DNA of 64,000 nt from Burkholderiales bacterium (GCA_023701005.1 JAMPXW010000002.1:113053-177052); one strand, 5' to 3'; positions 1 through 10,645 are shown, numbered from the stretch's first letter. The notes: generated by a model from the sequence alone, not told the origin. Numbers and translations: made by a program.

Positions 1-30
1 CACCATGTCTTGTAATAAATTTTTTGCCAT
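1..30 (-). CDS. 5' end of a gene running off the window (MAKNLLQDMV...); position downstream of ftsA-like gene would fit ftsZ by synteny only
   Basis: ATG at 30 on minus strand, open frame to window edge; only ~10 codons visible. Confidence 0.25.
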   Translation of the reverse strand, partial: MAKNLLQDMV

Positions 31-39
31 AAATATATT

Positions 40-1215
40 TTAACAAATAAAACGATTAAGATAAATCGATTCTATAATGATAAATGGATCACGGTTAACA
101 TCATCTTTAAAAGATGTTACCCCATGCAAAATCTGTGCGTTTAAAAAAATAATTCTAAACTCTGACTCGGTTAAAGTATATTGATTAAATTGCTCTGTTT
201 TTATTATTTCTGAAAAGAAATCCGTTAATTCCTGATCAACAGTAATAAAAATAGTCGCTGGAATAGATATATCATCAGAAATATTTACCAATGATTCTTG
301 AAAAGCTTTTAGCCATTCCGTCTTTAATTTATTTATAACTGGTTCTAGCTTCTTCTCTACAGCTTCGGTCGCATGGCCATCTTTATACAAAGAAATTAGA
401 GATTTTGCTTCTCCTAAATCACAGGACAATTCACTAGCCACTTTACGTATCATAAAATTACGCCCTAAAGGAAATGAGATAGAATTACATAATATATCTT
501 TTTTGATCATAGATATATCTGTGACTTCTCCTGCTATATCTACTAAAAGAAAATCTTCTTGCTGAACAAACATGTCCCTAGACACTGTAAAAGAAGCCAT
601 TGCAAAAGAAGAAAATTTAATATCTATAAAATTAAAATGACTTAAAATAGCATTTTCTATTTTCTTTAAAATTTGTTCTGCACTCATGGAAATAAAAACA
701 ACCATTTCTATCTTTTTTGTTTTTTTATCAAATGGGTCAGAAGTAGAATATCCATTTAAAATAGTTTTCATATTTTTAAATTCAATAATACGTATCTTTT
801 TGTCTGTATCAACAAATTTTGCCATGTGTTCTTCTTCAAAGAAACTAATCTCTTTATCAATTAATTCATCAGCCAATTTGGGAGTAAAAACAAAAGGCAC
901 GTTTTTCTCTAATTTGATAGTCCTTGTTTGGGAAGCATACCAGGGGGAAGAAAGAACACAAGATATTTTAGATGGCTTACCTATGCCTGTAGTGCTTATT
1001 TTACTAACAACTTCTTTTAAAGCTTTTATAGTTAAAAAGAGAAATCTTTCACTGTCTATTTTGTCTTCAAAAATTATAGGTTCTCTAATAGAATAAATTA
1101 TTTTAGGAATTCCTCCTTTTTGTACTTCAAAAACAGCACCCCCTATCGAAGATGAACCAATATCAAAAATTACAGCCAATTCCTTTTCTCCTTTTTCTTT
1201 AGAAAAAATTCCCAT
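40..1215 (-). CDS. actin-like ATPase of the FtsA/PilM family (cell-division FtsA or pilus-assembly PilM)
   Basis: 391 aa; N-terminal 'VIFDIGSSSIGGAVFEV' phosphate-1 motif typical of FtsA/PilM actin-fold ATPases. Confidence 0.5.
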   Translation of the reverse strand: MGIFSKEKGEKELAVIFDIGSSSIGGAVFEVQKGGIPKIIYSIREPIIFEDKIDSERFLFLTIKALKEVVSKISTTGIGKPSKISCVLSSPWYASQTRTIKLEKNVPFVFTPKLADELIDKEISFFEEEHMAKFVDTDKKIRIIEFKNMKTILNGYSTSDPFDKKTKKIEMVVFISMSAEQILKKIENAILSHFNFIDIKFSSFAMASFTVSRDMFVQQEDFLLVDIAGEVTDISMIKKDILCNSISFPLGRNFMIRKVASELSCDLGEAKSLISLYKDGHATEAVEKKLEPVINKLKTEWLKAFQESLVNISDDISIPATIFITVDQELTDFFSEIIKTEQFNQYTLTESEFRIIFLNAQILHGVTSFKDDVNRDPFIIIESIYLNRFIC

Positions 1216-1249
1216 ATATTAAATTATATCACAAAAATAAATCAAAAAA

Positions 1250-2893
1250 CTATAAAAGCACAGCCTTTATGCGTCTAACACCCGCCGAGACAGCTTCTTC
1301 TTTTTGAATTTTAAATTTCCCTAATTCACTGGTATTTGAGACATGTGGACCACCACAAAATTCTTTAGATACTGGTGTGCCATTTTCATCTTCTATAAAA
1401 TATACTGAAACGATATCTGGATATTTTGCTCCAAATTCCATCTCAGCTCCCAAACTTTGTGCTTCTGAAAGAGGCATTTCTTTTCGAACTACTACTAAAT
1501 TCTCATTTATCTTTTCATTAACAAAATCTTCCACTTTTTTCTTTTCTTCTTCTGTTAATTTATGATCACAAACAAAATCCATACGTAGACGTTCTTCTGT
1601 GATATTACTTCCCTTTTGTTTTATATTTTTATCGACAATATTCTGTAACCCAGCCAATAATAAATGGTGGGCCGTATGTAATTTGATCGTATTTTTATTA
1701 TGATTTGCCAAACCACCCTTAAACATACCAGCGGAAGATGTTTGTGATAATTTCTGATGTTCCACCATTTTTTTATTAAAATCTTCCAAATCTATTTCTA
1801 TACCTTTTTCTTTTGCTAATTCAAGAGTCAACTCTATAGGGAAACCATAAGTTGTAAACAAAATAAATGGATCTTGTCCTTTTTCAAATTCTTTAAGACC
1901 ATGATCTAAAGTTAATTTAAATTTATCAGCTTCTTTTTTTATCTCTCCTTTATCATTCAATAAATATATATTTTTATATTTATATATATTTTTATCAATT
2001 ATTTGTTCAAGTGGATCTTTAGAAAATCTTACAGCTCGACGAATCAATCGACGTAAAATATAACCACGTCCTGTGTTAGAAGGAACAACACCATCTGTAA
2101 TCATAAATAATGCTGCTTTTATATGATCAACAACTATTCTTTCTTCTTTGTTTTCTTCATTATTAAATAAATCTGTATCGTAAACACTTTTCTTTTTTTG
2201 TACGATAGAAACCAGACGCTCTAAGCCCATTCCAGTATCAATACCTAAAATATCTAATTTCTTTAACTTTGCTTCGCCTTTATCTAATTTTTCTCTAGAT
2301 CCATCACAAAAATATTCATTAAAAACTATGTTCCATATCTCTACATCTTCTCCATTAGCATTCTTACAATAAATTTCTGTCGTAGGACCACACGGACCAG
2401 CATCACCTGTCGGACCCCAAAAAACATCACTTCCTTCTTCTCTAATCTCTGTCATACCTAAATCTCTCCATATCTTTTCTGATTCATCATCCCTAGGTAC
2501 ATTTTCACTTCCTTTATAAATGGTTATATAAGATATATCCAAATTCATCTCTTTAGTTATAAATTCGTAAGCATATTCTATCGCTTCTTTTCTGCCATAT
2601 CCACCAAAGGAAAAATTGCCCAACATTTCAAAAAAAGTAAGATGGGATGAATCACCAACTTCTTCAATATCTCCTGTACGTATACATTTTTGAGTCGTTG
2701 TGACATTTACACTTCCAAAATCTTTTTCTGCATCTTTTGGATTAGTATAATATGGTTTAAATTGTTGCATTCCTGCTGTAGTAAAAAGTACAGAAGGATC
2801 ATTTTCTGGAATCAACGAAGAGGAAGGGATTATTTTATGCCCACGTGCTTCAAAAAATTTTAAAAATCTTGTCCTAATTTCATTTGATTCCAT
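1250..2893 (-). CDS. alaS: alanine--tRNA ligase, unusually short form (aminoacylation + editing domain, no C-Ala domain)
   Basis: N-term 'RFLKFFEARGHKIIPSSSLIPENDPSVLFTTAGMQQFKPYY' class-II AlaRS motifs; editing-domain metal ligands 'HTAHHLL' and 'CGGPHV'; only 547 aa. Confidence 0.85.
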   Translation of the reverse strand: MESNEIRTRFLKFFEARGHKIIPSSSLIPENDPSVLFTTAGMQQFKPYYTNPKDAEKDFGSVNVTTTQKCIRTGDIEEVGDSSHLTFFEMLGNFSFGGYGRKEAIEYAYEFITKEMNLDISYITIYKGSENVPRDDESEKIWRDLGMTEIREEGSDVFWGPTGDAGPCGPTTEIYCKNANGEDVEIWNIVFNEYFCDGSREKLDKGEAKLKKLDILGIDTGMGLERLVSIVQKKKSVYDTDLFNNEENKEERIVVDHIKAALFMITDGVVPSNTGRGYILRRLIRRAVRFSKDPLEQIIDKNIYKYKNIYLLNDKGEIKKEADKFKLTLDHGLKEFEKGQDPFILFTTYGFPIELTLELAKEKGIEIDLEDFNKKMVEHQKLSQTSSAGMFKGGLANHNKNTIKLHTAHHLLLAGLQNIVDKNIKQKGSNITEERLRMDFVCDHKLTEEEKKKVEDFVNEKINENLVVVRKEMPLSEAQSLGAEMEFGAKYPDIVSVYFIEDENGTPVSKEFCGGPHVSNTSELGKFKIQKEEAVSAGVRRIKAVLL

Positions 2894-2909
2894 AGTAAAA
2901 ATAAAAATT

Positions 2910-3398
2910 TTATTTATTTATATTCTCGTTAGATATACGGCGAATGGGTTGCTCTAAAATTCCCATTACAATAAAAATAATTAATATCAATATTGTAGCA
3001 ATAATCGCTAAATTAAAAAATCCAAAACCTACTGCCATGCCTATACCTGCCGTAACCCACAAACCTCCTGCGGTAGTAAGACCTATCAATCTATCTCCCT
3101 GCATTATTATCAAACCAGCACTCAAAAAACCAACACCCATTATAATATTTGCTGGCATCATTCCTGGATTAAAACCACTTACTCCTGAATATTTTTGTGA
3201 CAAAAACTCTGAAACTATAACAAATAAAGTCGCCCCCATAGCTACCAGAGAATGAGTCTTCATGCCTGCTTCTTTGTGAACAAAAAGGCGTTCTGCCCCG
3301 ATAAACATACCCAAAACAACTGCTACTGATAATTTTAAAATTATTTCACTATTTTGTGTAAAAAATTGTTCCATAAAAGCATTATATAACAATTCCAC
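2910..3398 (-). CDS. MgtC/SapB family membrane protein
   Basis: 162 aa, 4 TM, 'GMFIGAERLFVHKEAGMKTHSLVAMGATLF' MgtC signature. Confidence 0.7.
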   Translation of the reverse strand: MELLYNAFMEQFFTQNSEIILKLSVAVVLGMFIGAERLFVHKEAGMKTHSLVAMGATLFVIVSEFLSQKYSGVSGFNPGMMPANIIMGVGFLSAGLIIMQGDRLIGLTTAGGLWVTAGIGMAVGFGFFNLAIIATILILIIFIVMGILEQPIRRISNENINK

Positions 3399-4584
3399 CT
3401 CCTAAACAAACATCTTTATCATATAGAACACAAGACTGACCACTAGCAATCAATATCGGTTTTTCAAATATCAGTTTCGCGGAAGCCGGGCTTCCGCAAA
3501 TTATTTTACAAGGTAAAAATTCACCATGATAACGAATCTGAGCAATATATTCTTTATCAGGTCTTGGAATATCAGAAATCCAATTTGTATCTTTAATTTT
3601 CACAAAATACAAAGCAGAGCTTTTTTCGGCATACGCAATGGTATTGTCTTTTATTGTTTCCAGGTTGGAGTGCGGGCCGTGAAAAAGCTGCTGCTTTGTA
3701 TTTTGTGATACATATAAAATATTCTTTTTTAAATCCTTAGCAACTACATAATAAGCTCCATCATTCGGACTCTTTTTTGTAATTGTAAAACCATGTCTCT
3801 CTCCTAAGGTGTGAAAAACAACACCGTTGTGATAACCAATAACCTCTCCAAAGTCAGGCCCTTTTAAAAATTTAAAGTCCGACCTTATTACTTTGCCTTT
3901 TTTTTCTTTTATATAATGTTTTAAAAAATCTTTCAAATCTACTGCCCCCAAAAAACAGATTCCTTGACTATCTTTCTTTTCCGCCACAGGTAATTTAAAT
4001 TTATTTGCTAATTTACGAACTTCAGATTTTTTTAAATGACCGATAGGAAACAAAATATTTTTTAATTGTTCTTGCTTAAGAGTCCAAAGAAAATAACTTT
4101 GATCTTTAGAAGGATCTATTCCCTTCTCTAAAAAATAAAAATTTTCTAAATTCTTAAGATCGGCCCTTTTTGAAGATTTAAAGGACGACTTTTGAAAATT
4201 TGTATTTTTTGCATAATGTCCTGTAGCCACATAGTCAGCTCCCATTTTGATAGCTTTTTTCAAGAAAGCACCAAATTTAACTTCTTTATTACACATCACA
4301 TCTGGATTAGGAGTTCTTCCCATTTTGTATTCAGATATCATATAATCTGCAACCTCTTTTTTGTAAACATCTGAAAGATCAAAAGTCAAAAATGGAATAT
4401 CTAAAAAAGTAGCCACACGCATGGCATCGAGTCTTTCCTCTTCTTCATTGCATTCTAAAAAATCTGGATGCCACGTACGTATAAAAACACCAACGACTTC
4501 ATAACCTTGTCGTTTTAATAAAGCTGCTGAGACAGCACTATCTACACCCCCAGAAAGACCAACAAAAACTACCTTTTTCTCCAT
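3382..4584 (-). CDS. mnmA: tRNA-specific 2-thiouridylase MnmA
   Basis: PP-loop 'VGLSGGVDSAVSA', 400 aa, conserved Cys residues of MnmA. Confidence 0.85.
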   Translation of the reverse strand: MEKKVVFVGLSGGVDSAVSAALLKRQGYEVVGVFIRTWHPDFLECNEEEERLDAMRVATFLDIPFLTFDLSDVYKKEVADYMISEYKMGRTPNPDVMCNKEVKFGAFLKKAIKMGADYVATGHYAKNTNFQKSSFKSSKRADLKNLENFYFLEKGIDPSKDQSYFLWTLKQEQLKNILFPIGHLKKSEVRKLANKFKLPVAEKKDSQGICFLGAVDLKDFLKHYIKEKKGKVIRSDFKFLKGPDFGEVIGYHNGVVFHTLGERHGFTITKKSPNDGAYYVVAKDLKKNILYVSQNTKQQLFHGPHSNLETIKDNTIAYAEKSSALYFVKIKDTNWISDIPRPDKEYIAQIRYHGEFLPCKIICGSPASAKLIFEKPILIASGQSCVLYDKDVCLGGGIVI

Positions 4585-4610
4585 AATTTCTTCTTTTTAC
4601 AAAATAAAAT

Positions 4611-4685
4611 AATGCTTTCTTTGGCATATGCAATATTAGTTTCGTTAACCACATTCAGATTCGTGTGCGAGCCATGAGAAAGCAG
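4611..4685 (-). pseudogene. diverged in-frame fragment copy of an internal mnmA segment lying in the mnmA 5' leader
   Basis: minus-strand translation LLSHGSHTNLNVVNETNIAYAKESI matches mnmA residues QQLFHGPHSNLETIKDNTIAYAEKSS (nt 3611-3698); preceded by stop, no start codon. Confidence 0.6.
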
Positions 4686-4717
4686 TTATTTTATTTTGGA
4701 TATTTTATATTTTGATA

Positions 4718-5245
4718 CTACAATTTCATTAATTTTTTGTAAAGCTCATATGTAGCATAAGCATCCGATAAAGCACTATGAGCTTTTTTGTTTTCTATCT
4801 CAAAATGTTTACACAATTCTCTCAAAGAAAAATGTGTTATATCTTTCTTGTGGTTTAATTTAGCCCAAGCTATAGAGATGGTATCAAGCTTATGATAATG
4901 CATGCTATTTTTTATTCCAGTTTTGGAAAAACTAAAATCCAAAAAACTTGAATCAAAAGATACATTTTGACCAACCATAATACAATCAGTAACTTTTTTG
5001 GAGAAAATTTTCATTGCCTCTTTTAAAGACATAGCCTCTTCCCAATCTTTTGGACTATAATGATTTATCTTTAGAGAGACAGGGTCCGCATTTTCTATAT
5101 TCTCTGGTTTTATTTTTAATTCAAATTTTTCAATCACCTCTAAGTCTTGAGCCACAATCACACAACCAATCTCAATAATCTCATGTTTTAAGACATCTAA
5201 TCCCGTGGCTTCTATATCAACAAAAGCTAAATTGTGTTTTCTCAT
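4718..5245 (-). CDS. DEDD 3'-5' exonuclease (DnaQ/epsilon-like)
   Basis: Exo I motif 'FVDIEATGLD', Exo III 'HSALSDAYAT'; 175 aa. Confidence 0.75.
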   Translation of the reverse strand: MRKHNLAFVDIEATGLDVLKHEIIEIGCVIVAQDLEVIEKFELKIKPENIENADPVSLKINHYSPKDWEEAMSLKEAMKIFSKKVTDCIMVGQNVSFDSSFLDFSFSKTGIKNSMHYHKLDTISIAWAKLNHKKDITHFSLRELCKHFEIENKKAHSALSDAYATYELYKKLMKL

Positions 5246-5257
5246 AATTTTAATTTT

Positions 5258-6214
5258 TTATTTTAAATATTTTTGTTTATTTATTTTATGTTCCTCAAAA
5301 GTCCTAGCAAAATGTACTTGGCCTTCTTTGCCATGCAAATAATAAAGATAAGAAGAATTCATCGGATTTATGGCCGCTTCGATAGCTTCTATCCCCGGAT
5401 TCGAAATAGGACTAGAGGGCAAACCTTTTGTTTTATATGTACTTGGCTCAGCATCTACCTGCAAAGGCATGCCAATAGAAATTCTCTTCCACAAAATCCC
5501 CGAGATCAACTTCCTGTCTTCATCTCCTTTAGATTCTTTTTCTAATATAGAAGCCATCGTTATTATATCTTTTTCTGTTTTCTTAGAAATATCTATTTTG
5601 GATTTAAACAATGCGATTTTTTTCTGAAAATTATTACTCATATATTCAATAACTTCTTCTTCTGTGTCTGTTGTTAAGAAAAAATAAGTATCAGGGAAAA
5701 GATATCCTTCTCTTGCTTTGGTCAAAAATTTATCTTTATCGAAATTAGGTAATTTAGTATCAAAAAGTTTTGATATCTCCATGAGATTAAAACCTTCAGG
5801 AACTGTGACTTTCACTGGAAGAAGGTTGTGTTCACCATTTGCTATACGTTTAGCTATCTCAAAAACAAATAATCTGTCTTCAAACATATAATCTCCAGAT
5901 TCAATATGTTTTTCTCCATCAAAAATTATGACAAATGTTTCGAAAATAGCTCTAGATTTTATAATATTATTTTTTTCTAAATCCCTAGACAAAGACCTAA
6001 GGCTAGAACCCTCTTTTATATTTATTATTTTTCCTACCGGGAAATCTTTAGGCACACTAAAAAAAAGAACATAAATAAAAAGAAGAAAAACGATAAAAAG
6101 GAGAAAATAAAACAATATCTTCTTTTGAAGAAATTTATTATTACCAAACTTGGACATTGAATGTCCAAGTGCTCCAAAATCTTGTATTTTATCTTCTTTA
6201 TTAAAATCTTCCAT
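5258..6214 (-). CDS. mltG: endolytic murein transglycosylase MltG (YceG-like)
   Basis: N-terminal TM, C-terminal 'LQVDAEPSTYKTKGLPSSPISNPGIEAIEAAINP' YceG signature. Confidence 0.75.
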   Translation of the reverse strand: MEDFNKEDKIQDFGALGHSMSKFGNNKFLQKKILFYFLLFIVFLLFIYVLFFSVPKDFPVGKIINIKEGSSLRSLSRDLEKNNIIKSRAIFETFVIIFDGEKHIESGDYMFEDRLFVFEIAKRIANGEHNLLPVKVTVPEGFNLMEISKLFDTKLPNFDKDKFLTKAREGYLFPDTYFFLTTDTEEEVIEYMSNNFQKKIALFKSKIDISKKTEKDIITMASILEKESKGDEDRKLISGILWKRISIGMPLQVDAEPSTYKTKGLPSSPISNPGIEAIEAAINPMNSSYLYYLHGKEGQVHFARTFEEHKINKQKYLK

Positions 6215-6217
6215 ATA

Positions 6218-7516
6218 TTACATAGGTAAATTTGTAGGAGGAGAAGCTTCTTTTGATTCTATACGTTCCAAAGTAGGAACTTTCAATATCTGACCTGGGA
6301 AATGCCACAAAGTAGCTAGCTCTTCTGTGTTTAGTACATTTATGTGATGATGAAAAAAGTTTGGGAATATTAAAGGTGAAAGAGGCCAGGGTAAACTTAT
6401 CTTATGACGCATTGGTGGATGAAAAAATTCTCTCTCTTGATATTCCAAAAGCATTCTGTTTGCCAAACGTGCTATCTTTTTACTAGATAAGGGAAAAAAT
6501 TCAGCAATCTTATTTGTAGAAAATGCATCTGCTTGAGTAGAATTAATACGCTCAAGTTGATTCAAAAAAGGAGCTGCATATTGTCTAAATATAAGACGGA
6601 TATTTCTTCTATTACTCATATTAAACAGTTCCCTTTTTGCAACATAACAAACCCTGATGCCTGTATCAAAACCAACTTTCATAAATTTACGTCCAGCACC
6701 TTTAACCATTTCACTCATAAAATCAGGCGCACGAATTTCTTTTGCTTTTGTACCATCTGGTCTATCATGCAAACGAGTGAATTCTGCTAAAGATTTCCTA
6801 ATTTGTAATTCTGATTCTTTTACCCAATCATGTGTCTTTGTAAATGGTCCTGCGTGCTCTGGGTATTCTTTCTTTGAAGGTCTCACTACTATCTGCATCC
6901 ACATTTGTTCTCCTTTGCCTATAGAACCAAAAAGCTCTACGACAGGCGTGATAGGATCTACTTTATATTCTTCTTTGGGATCTTTATCTAAACCAAAATC
7001 AATATATGTCTTAATAGGAAAAGCGTCCGGTTTTGCTAACTTAAATTCACAACCCCAAAGATTCCATTTACTATCAAGTGTTATCTCGTCGACAGCTAAA
7101 GTATAATCTTCAACTACTTTCACTTGAGCCTGAGGAAATTGAGCATACATCTGAGTCTCAATAAGACTCTTGACACGCGTTGGTGTACGTATATAAAAAT
7201 GCACTTGTCCATCGATAGAAGCTATTTCCAAAGAAAACCAAAACCACACAGCACCTTGCCAATATGTCTCAAGTCCACTTTTATTACTCATATGATAAAG
7301 CGCATTAGTTATAAAAAGCTCCATTGCTTTTGGAGATCTCACAACATCTCTTGGAGGAACTATTTCAAGTAACACCCAATCAATACCAGAAATAAAATCT
7401 GCTCTCACGTAATGAAGCCAGAAAGCATGAGCCATATATGCCAAAACAGCTGTACCAAAAAAAGGTAAGATTGCTAATAAGATTTTATAAATCCATAAGA
7501 TTATCAAATCTATCAT
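6218..7516 (-). CDS. hypothetical membrane-anchored protein
   Basis: 432 aa ORF, N-terminal TM helices, no recognisable motif. Confidence 0.4.
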   Translation of the reverse strand: MIDLIILWIYKILLAILPFFGTAVLAYMAHAFWLHYVRADFISGIDWVLLEIVPPRDVVRSPKAMELFITNALYHMSNKSGLETYWQGAVWFWFSLEIASIDGQVHFYIRTPTRVKSLIETQMYAQFPQAQVKVVEDYTLAVDEITLDSKWNLWGCEFKLAKPDAFPIKTYIDFGLDKDPKEEYKVDPITPVVELFGSIGKGEQMWMQIVVRPSKKEYPEHAGPFTKTHDWVKESELQIRKSLAEFTRLHDRPDGTKAKEIRAPDFMSEMVKGAGRKFMKVGFDTGIRVCYVAKRELFNMSNRRNIRLIFRQYAAPFLNQLERINSTQADAFSTNKIAEFFPLSSKKIARLANRMLLEYQEREFFHPPMRHKISLPWPLSPLIFPNFFHHHINVLNTEELATLWHFPGQILKVPTLERIESKEASPPTNLPM

Positions 7517-7593
7517 TCTTTATATTTTAATATAAAGCACATCTAAAGTAAATAAAAAAACCAAGCTTCTAAGCTTGGTCTTTTTATTTTAAT

Positions 7594-8622
7594 TTAAGCT
7601 AGAGTATAAAGTCCGTTTTTATTCTTTTTGAAAAATTTAGTATTTACAAGATTTACTAAAATTGTATTTTTCTTGAAGTATCTTTCTTTCATAACTTTCT
7701 CAACTACATCTTCTTTAGAAAGCGGCCCTTCTCTCTTTAAAATATCTTTTATTACGTCACGAGCTATGCCTGTCTTGTATCCCCATTCTGCTAGTGCATA
7801 CAAACCTCTACCTACTAAAACAAAACGAGAATCTTTAATGAGCTCATTGTGACAAGTAGCATAATGTGTCTTTCTGCCAAAAGTCTTTGATATAGCATCT
7901 GCTACTTCTTTGAAATGCATAGGTGAACCATGTTTTCTCATAACAAGAAAAGCGTAATCTTTAACTCCGCGAGTACGAACATTTGGTGAACTTGCCTTAC
8001 CCCATTCTCCTAATGGATTTTTAGAGATAGTTTTTGACATAGAAAGCCATCTTCGAGCTATCTCTTCATTGCGATAATGTTCTGCAACATCTTTCATGTG
8101 ATCAAAGAATTTCTTGATCATTTCTGTTTCCAAAACTAAATCTTCATCATTTAAAGTAGAAAAAAGTTTCTTTAAGGAATCGTGTACCTTATCAGCTATC
8201 TCATCATCAACACTCCAACGAACCTTAAAATGATCGTCTTCTCTGTGTTTTCTGAAATAATCTCCAAGTTCTAAATAAAAATGAATATGATTTTGAGTAT
8301 TTTTATCCTTAGAAACATGACTCAAAAGATCACTTTCTGAAACTATTGAACCCAAAGAGTGTATCAATTGCTTAAGTTCTTCAAAAATAGCTTGCTCCTC
8401 TTTGTAGACTGAAGATTTCTTGATCAATGCCAAAGCACTGTCTTCTATCTGACGAACCCTCTCTCTTGTTATGTTGTATTTTTTACCTATTTCTTCTAAG
8501 GTCTTTCTTTTTGCATCCGGAGTCAAACCAAAACGGTTCATGATCACATCACGTGTGCGATCTTGTAAGTGAGAAGTTATTTTTTTAGTGACTTGTTTTG
8601 GTTTAAAAGATATTGTTGACAT
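7594..8622 (-). CDS. DNA-binding protein with sigma-70 region-4-like HTH (N-term) and HARE-HTH domain (C-term)
   Basis: 'RDVIMNRFGLTPDAKRKTLEEIGKKYNITRERVRQIEDSAL' sigma r4-like; 'SPMHFKEVADAIS...RFVLVGRGLYALAEWGY' HARE-HTH signature. Confidence 0.5.
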   Translation of the reverse strand: MSTISFKPKQVTKKITSHLQDRTRDVIMNRFGLTPDAKRKTLEEIGKKYNITRERVRQIEDSALALIKKSSVYKEEQAIFEELKQLIHSLGSIVSESDLLSHVSKDKNTQNHIHFYLELGDYFRKHREDDHFKVRWSVDDEIADKVHDSLKKLFSTLNDEDLVLETEMIKKFFDHMKDVAEHYRNEEIARRWLSMSKTISKNPLGEWGKASSPNVRTRGVKDYAFLVMRKHGSPMHFKEVADAISKTFGRKTHYATCHNELIKDSRFVLVGRGLYALAEWGYKTGIARDVIKDILKREGPLSKEDVVEKVMKERYFKKNTILVNLVNTKFFKKNKNGLYTLA

Positions 8623-8726
8623 AATTTTTTTAAAATAAATTTTTATTAAAGAAAATGTTAAATATTACATATATATAATACACCTTATTGACTTAAAGTC
8701 AAATTTTGTTTCCAAAATATAAATCT

Positions 8727-10538
8727 TTAAATCTTTTTCCCTCTACCTGCCCTTACTCTATCAATCTCAGTTAAATATTTCTTACGAATTCTTACTGATT
8801 TCGGAGTAACTTCTAAATATTCATCTCCATTCATTACCTCCAATCCTCTTTCTATGCTTAGAATAAAAGGTGGATTTAAATAAATAGCATCATCTGTACC
8901 TGAGGCTCGCATGTTTGTAAGCTGTTTACCTTTTGTCGGATTGACACTCATGTCATCACCCTTCAAAACATTACCTATAACCATACCTTCATATACCTCT
9001 GTACCATGCTCAACATACATAATACCACGTTCTTGTAAATTTGCAAGTGCAAAGGCTACAGCCTTTCCATGGACAATGGAAACCATAGACCCATACTCTC
9101 TTTTTTTGATCTCGTCTGCATATTTCTTAAAACCTATAACTCTAGAAGACATGATGCCCTCTCCTTTTGTATCTATGATAAATTCACCACGATAGCCCAA
9201 CAATCCTCGAGTTGGTATATCAAAAACGATTCTAGCAATACCCTCTTTTTCTGCCATACCACTCATGATGCCTCTCCTTTTACCTATTTTTTCAATAACA
9301 GTACCAGAAAATTCCATAGGCACGTCAATAACTAATTCTTCATATGGTTCTGTTTTTATTCCATTTTCTTCTTTGATAATTACTTCTGGTTGTGATACTT
9401 GCATTTCAAATCCTTCACGACGCATATTTTCTAAAAGAATAGCAATATGTAATTCGCCCCTACCATAAACTTTAAAGAACGAAGGCCCCATCTTGTCACC
9501 CTGGTCTGGAGAAAAATCAACCTTTAGTCCAACATTTATTTCTAATTCTTTTTCTAATCTTTCTTTGATTTGCCTAGAGGTAACATATTTACCTTCCTTG
9601 CCCGCAAAAGGAGAATCATTAACTAAAAAGTTTAGAGAAAGCGTTGGTTCATCTATGGCTATATGAGGAAGTTGTTCTACACTTTCATCTTCACAAATTG
9701 TCTCTCCTATATAAATATCTGGAATACCTGCCAAGAGTACTATATCTCCTGCTGTCGCAGAAGAAACCTCTTTTCTATTTATTCCTTCAAATGTGAAAAG
9801 TTTTGTTATCTTTCCTTTTCTATTATCTTTTTCTCCTTTCACAACAACTTCTTTTGCTGAACTAATCTCTCCAGAATATATTCTCGCCACAGCCATACGT
9901 CCCAAAAAATTATCATACCCTAGATTAAAAACTTGAGCAGACATTTTGCTTTCTCCTTGCAAAGAAGCTGGTGGAACATGTGTAAGCAACATATCTAAAA
10001 GTGGAGACAAATCTTCACTCTCATCGCCCAATTTCCTAAAAGCTTTTCCTTGACGTCCTATCGCATAAATAGTTTCAAAGTTTGCTTGTTCTTCATTTGC
10101 ACCTAGCTCAAAAAACAAATTTAGTACTTCTTCATGTACTCGATGAGGATCTGAAGCTGGCTTATCTATCTTATTTATTACTACTATTGGCTTTATTCCT
10201 AATTCCAATGATTTCTTTAAAACAAATCTTGTTTGTGGCATTGGCCCTTCTACCGCATCTACAAGCAACAAAACAGAATCAACAGCGCGAAGCACACGTT
10301 CTACTTCTGAACCGAAATCTGCGTGGCCGGGCGTATCAACGATATTGATCTTTGTGCCCTTGTACATTATAGAAGTATTTTTTGAATAAATAGTAATACC
10401 TCGCTCTTTTTCTAGAGCATTTGAATCCATCGAGATATTTTCATCTTGTAAGCCACCATTTTGCTTCATTAAAGCATCTGTGAGAGTCGTCTTTCCATGG
10501 TCGACGTGAGCAATGATTGCTATATTTCTGATTTCCAT
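8727..10538 (-). CDS. typA: translational GTPase TypA/BipA
   Basis: '[22 protein letters not shown]' G1 motif, 603 aa, BipA-type rather than LepA N-terminus. Confidence 0.85.
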   Translation of the reverse strand: MEIRNIAIIAHVDHGKTTLTDALMKQNGGLQDENISMDSNALEKERGITIYSKNTSIMYKGTKINIVDTPGHADFGSEVERVLRAVDSVLLLVDAVEGPMPQTRFVLKKSLELGIKPIVVINKIDKPASDPHRVHEEVLNLFFELGANEEQANFETIYAIGRQGKAFRKLGDESEDLSPLLDMLLTHVPPASLQGESKMSAQVFNLGYDNFLGRMAVARIYSGEISSAKEVVVKGEKDNRKGKITKLFTFEGINRKEVSSATAGDIVLLAGIPDIYIGETICEDESVEQLPHIAIDEPTLSLNFLVNDSPFAGKEGKYVTSRQIKERLEKELEINVGLKVDFSPDQGDKMGPSFFKVYGRGELHIAILLENMRREGFEMQVSQPEVIIKEENGIKTEPYEELVIDVPMEFSGTVIEKIGKRRGIMSGMAEKEGIARIVFDIPTRGLLGYRGEFIIDTKGEGIMSSRVIGFKKYADEIKKREYGSMVSIVHGKAVAFALANLQERGIMYVEHGTEVYEGMVIGNVLKGDDMSVNPTKGKQLTNMRASGTDDAIYLNPPFILSIERGLEVMNGDEYLEVTPKSVRIRKKYLTEIDRVRAGRGKKI

Positions 10539-10645
10539 AAATTATTTTTTATTATCTTTATTTAAAAACACACATTAAACGAAAAAAGCCTTCAGGCCTT
10601 AATTTAGTTAAATTAACTATAGCATACTTTTTAAAAAAATACAAA

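Noticed and set aside
686-1096. 136-aa plus-strand ORF (and many similar 60-150-aa track ORFs antisense to large genes, e.g. 1377-1565, 2944-3255, 9069-9335, 14432-14812, 19556-20569, 30027-30404)
   Set aside because: They lie fully inside strongly supported genes on the opposite strand. They have low-complexity AT-codon-driven composition and no motifs or RBS. They are read as antisense artefacts of an AT-rich genome.
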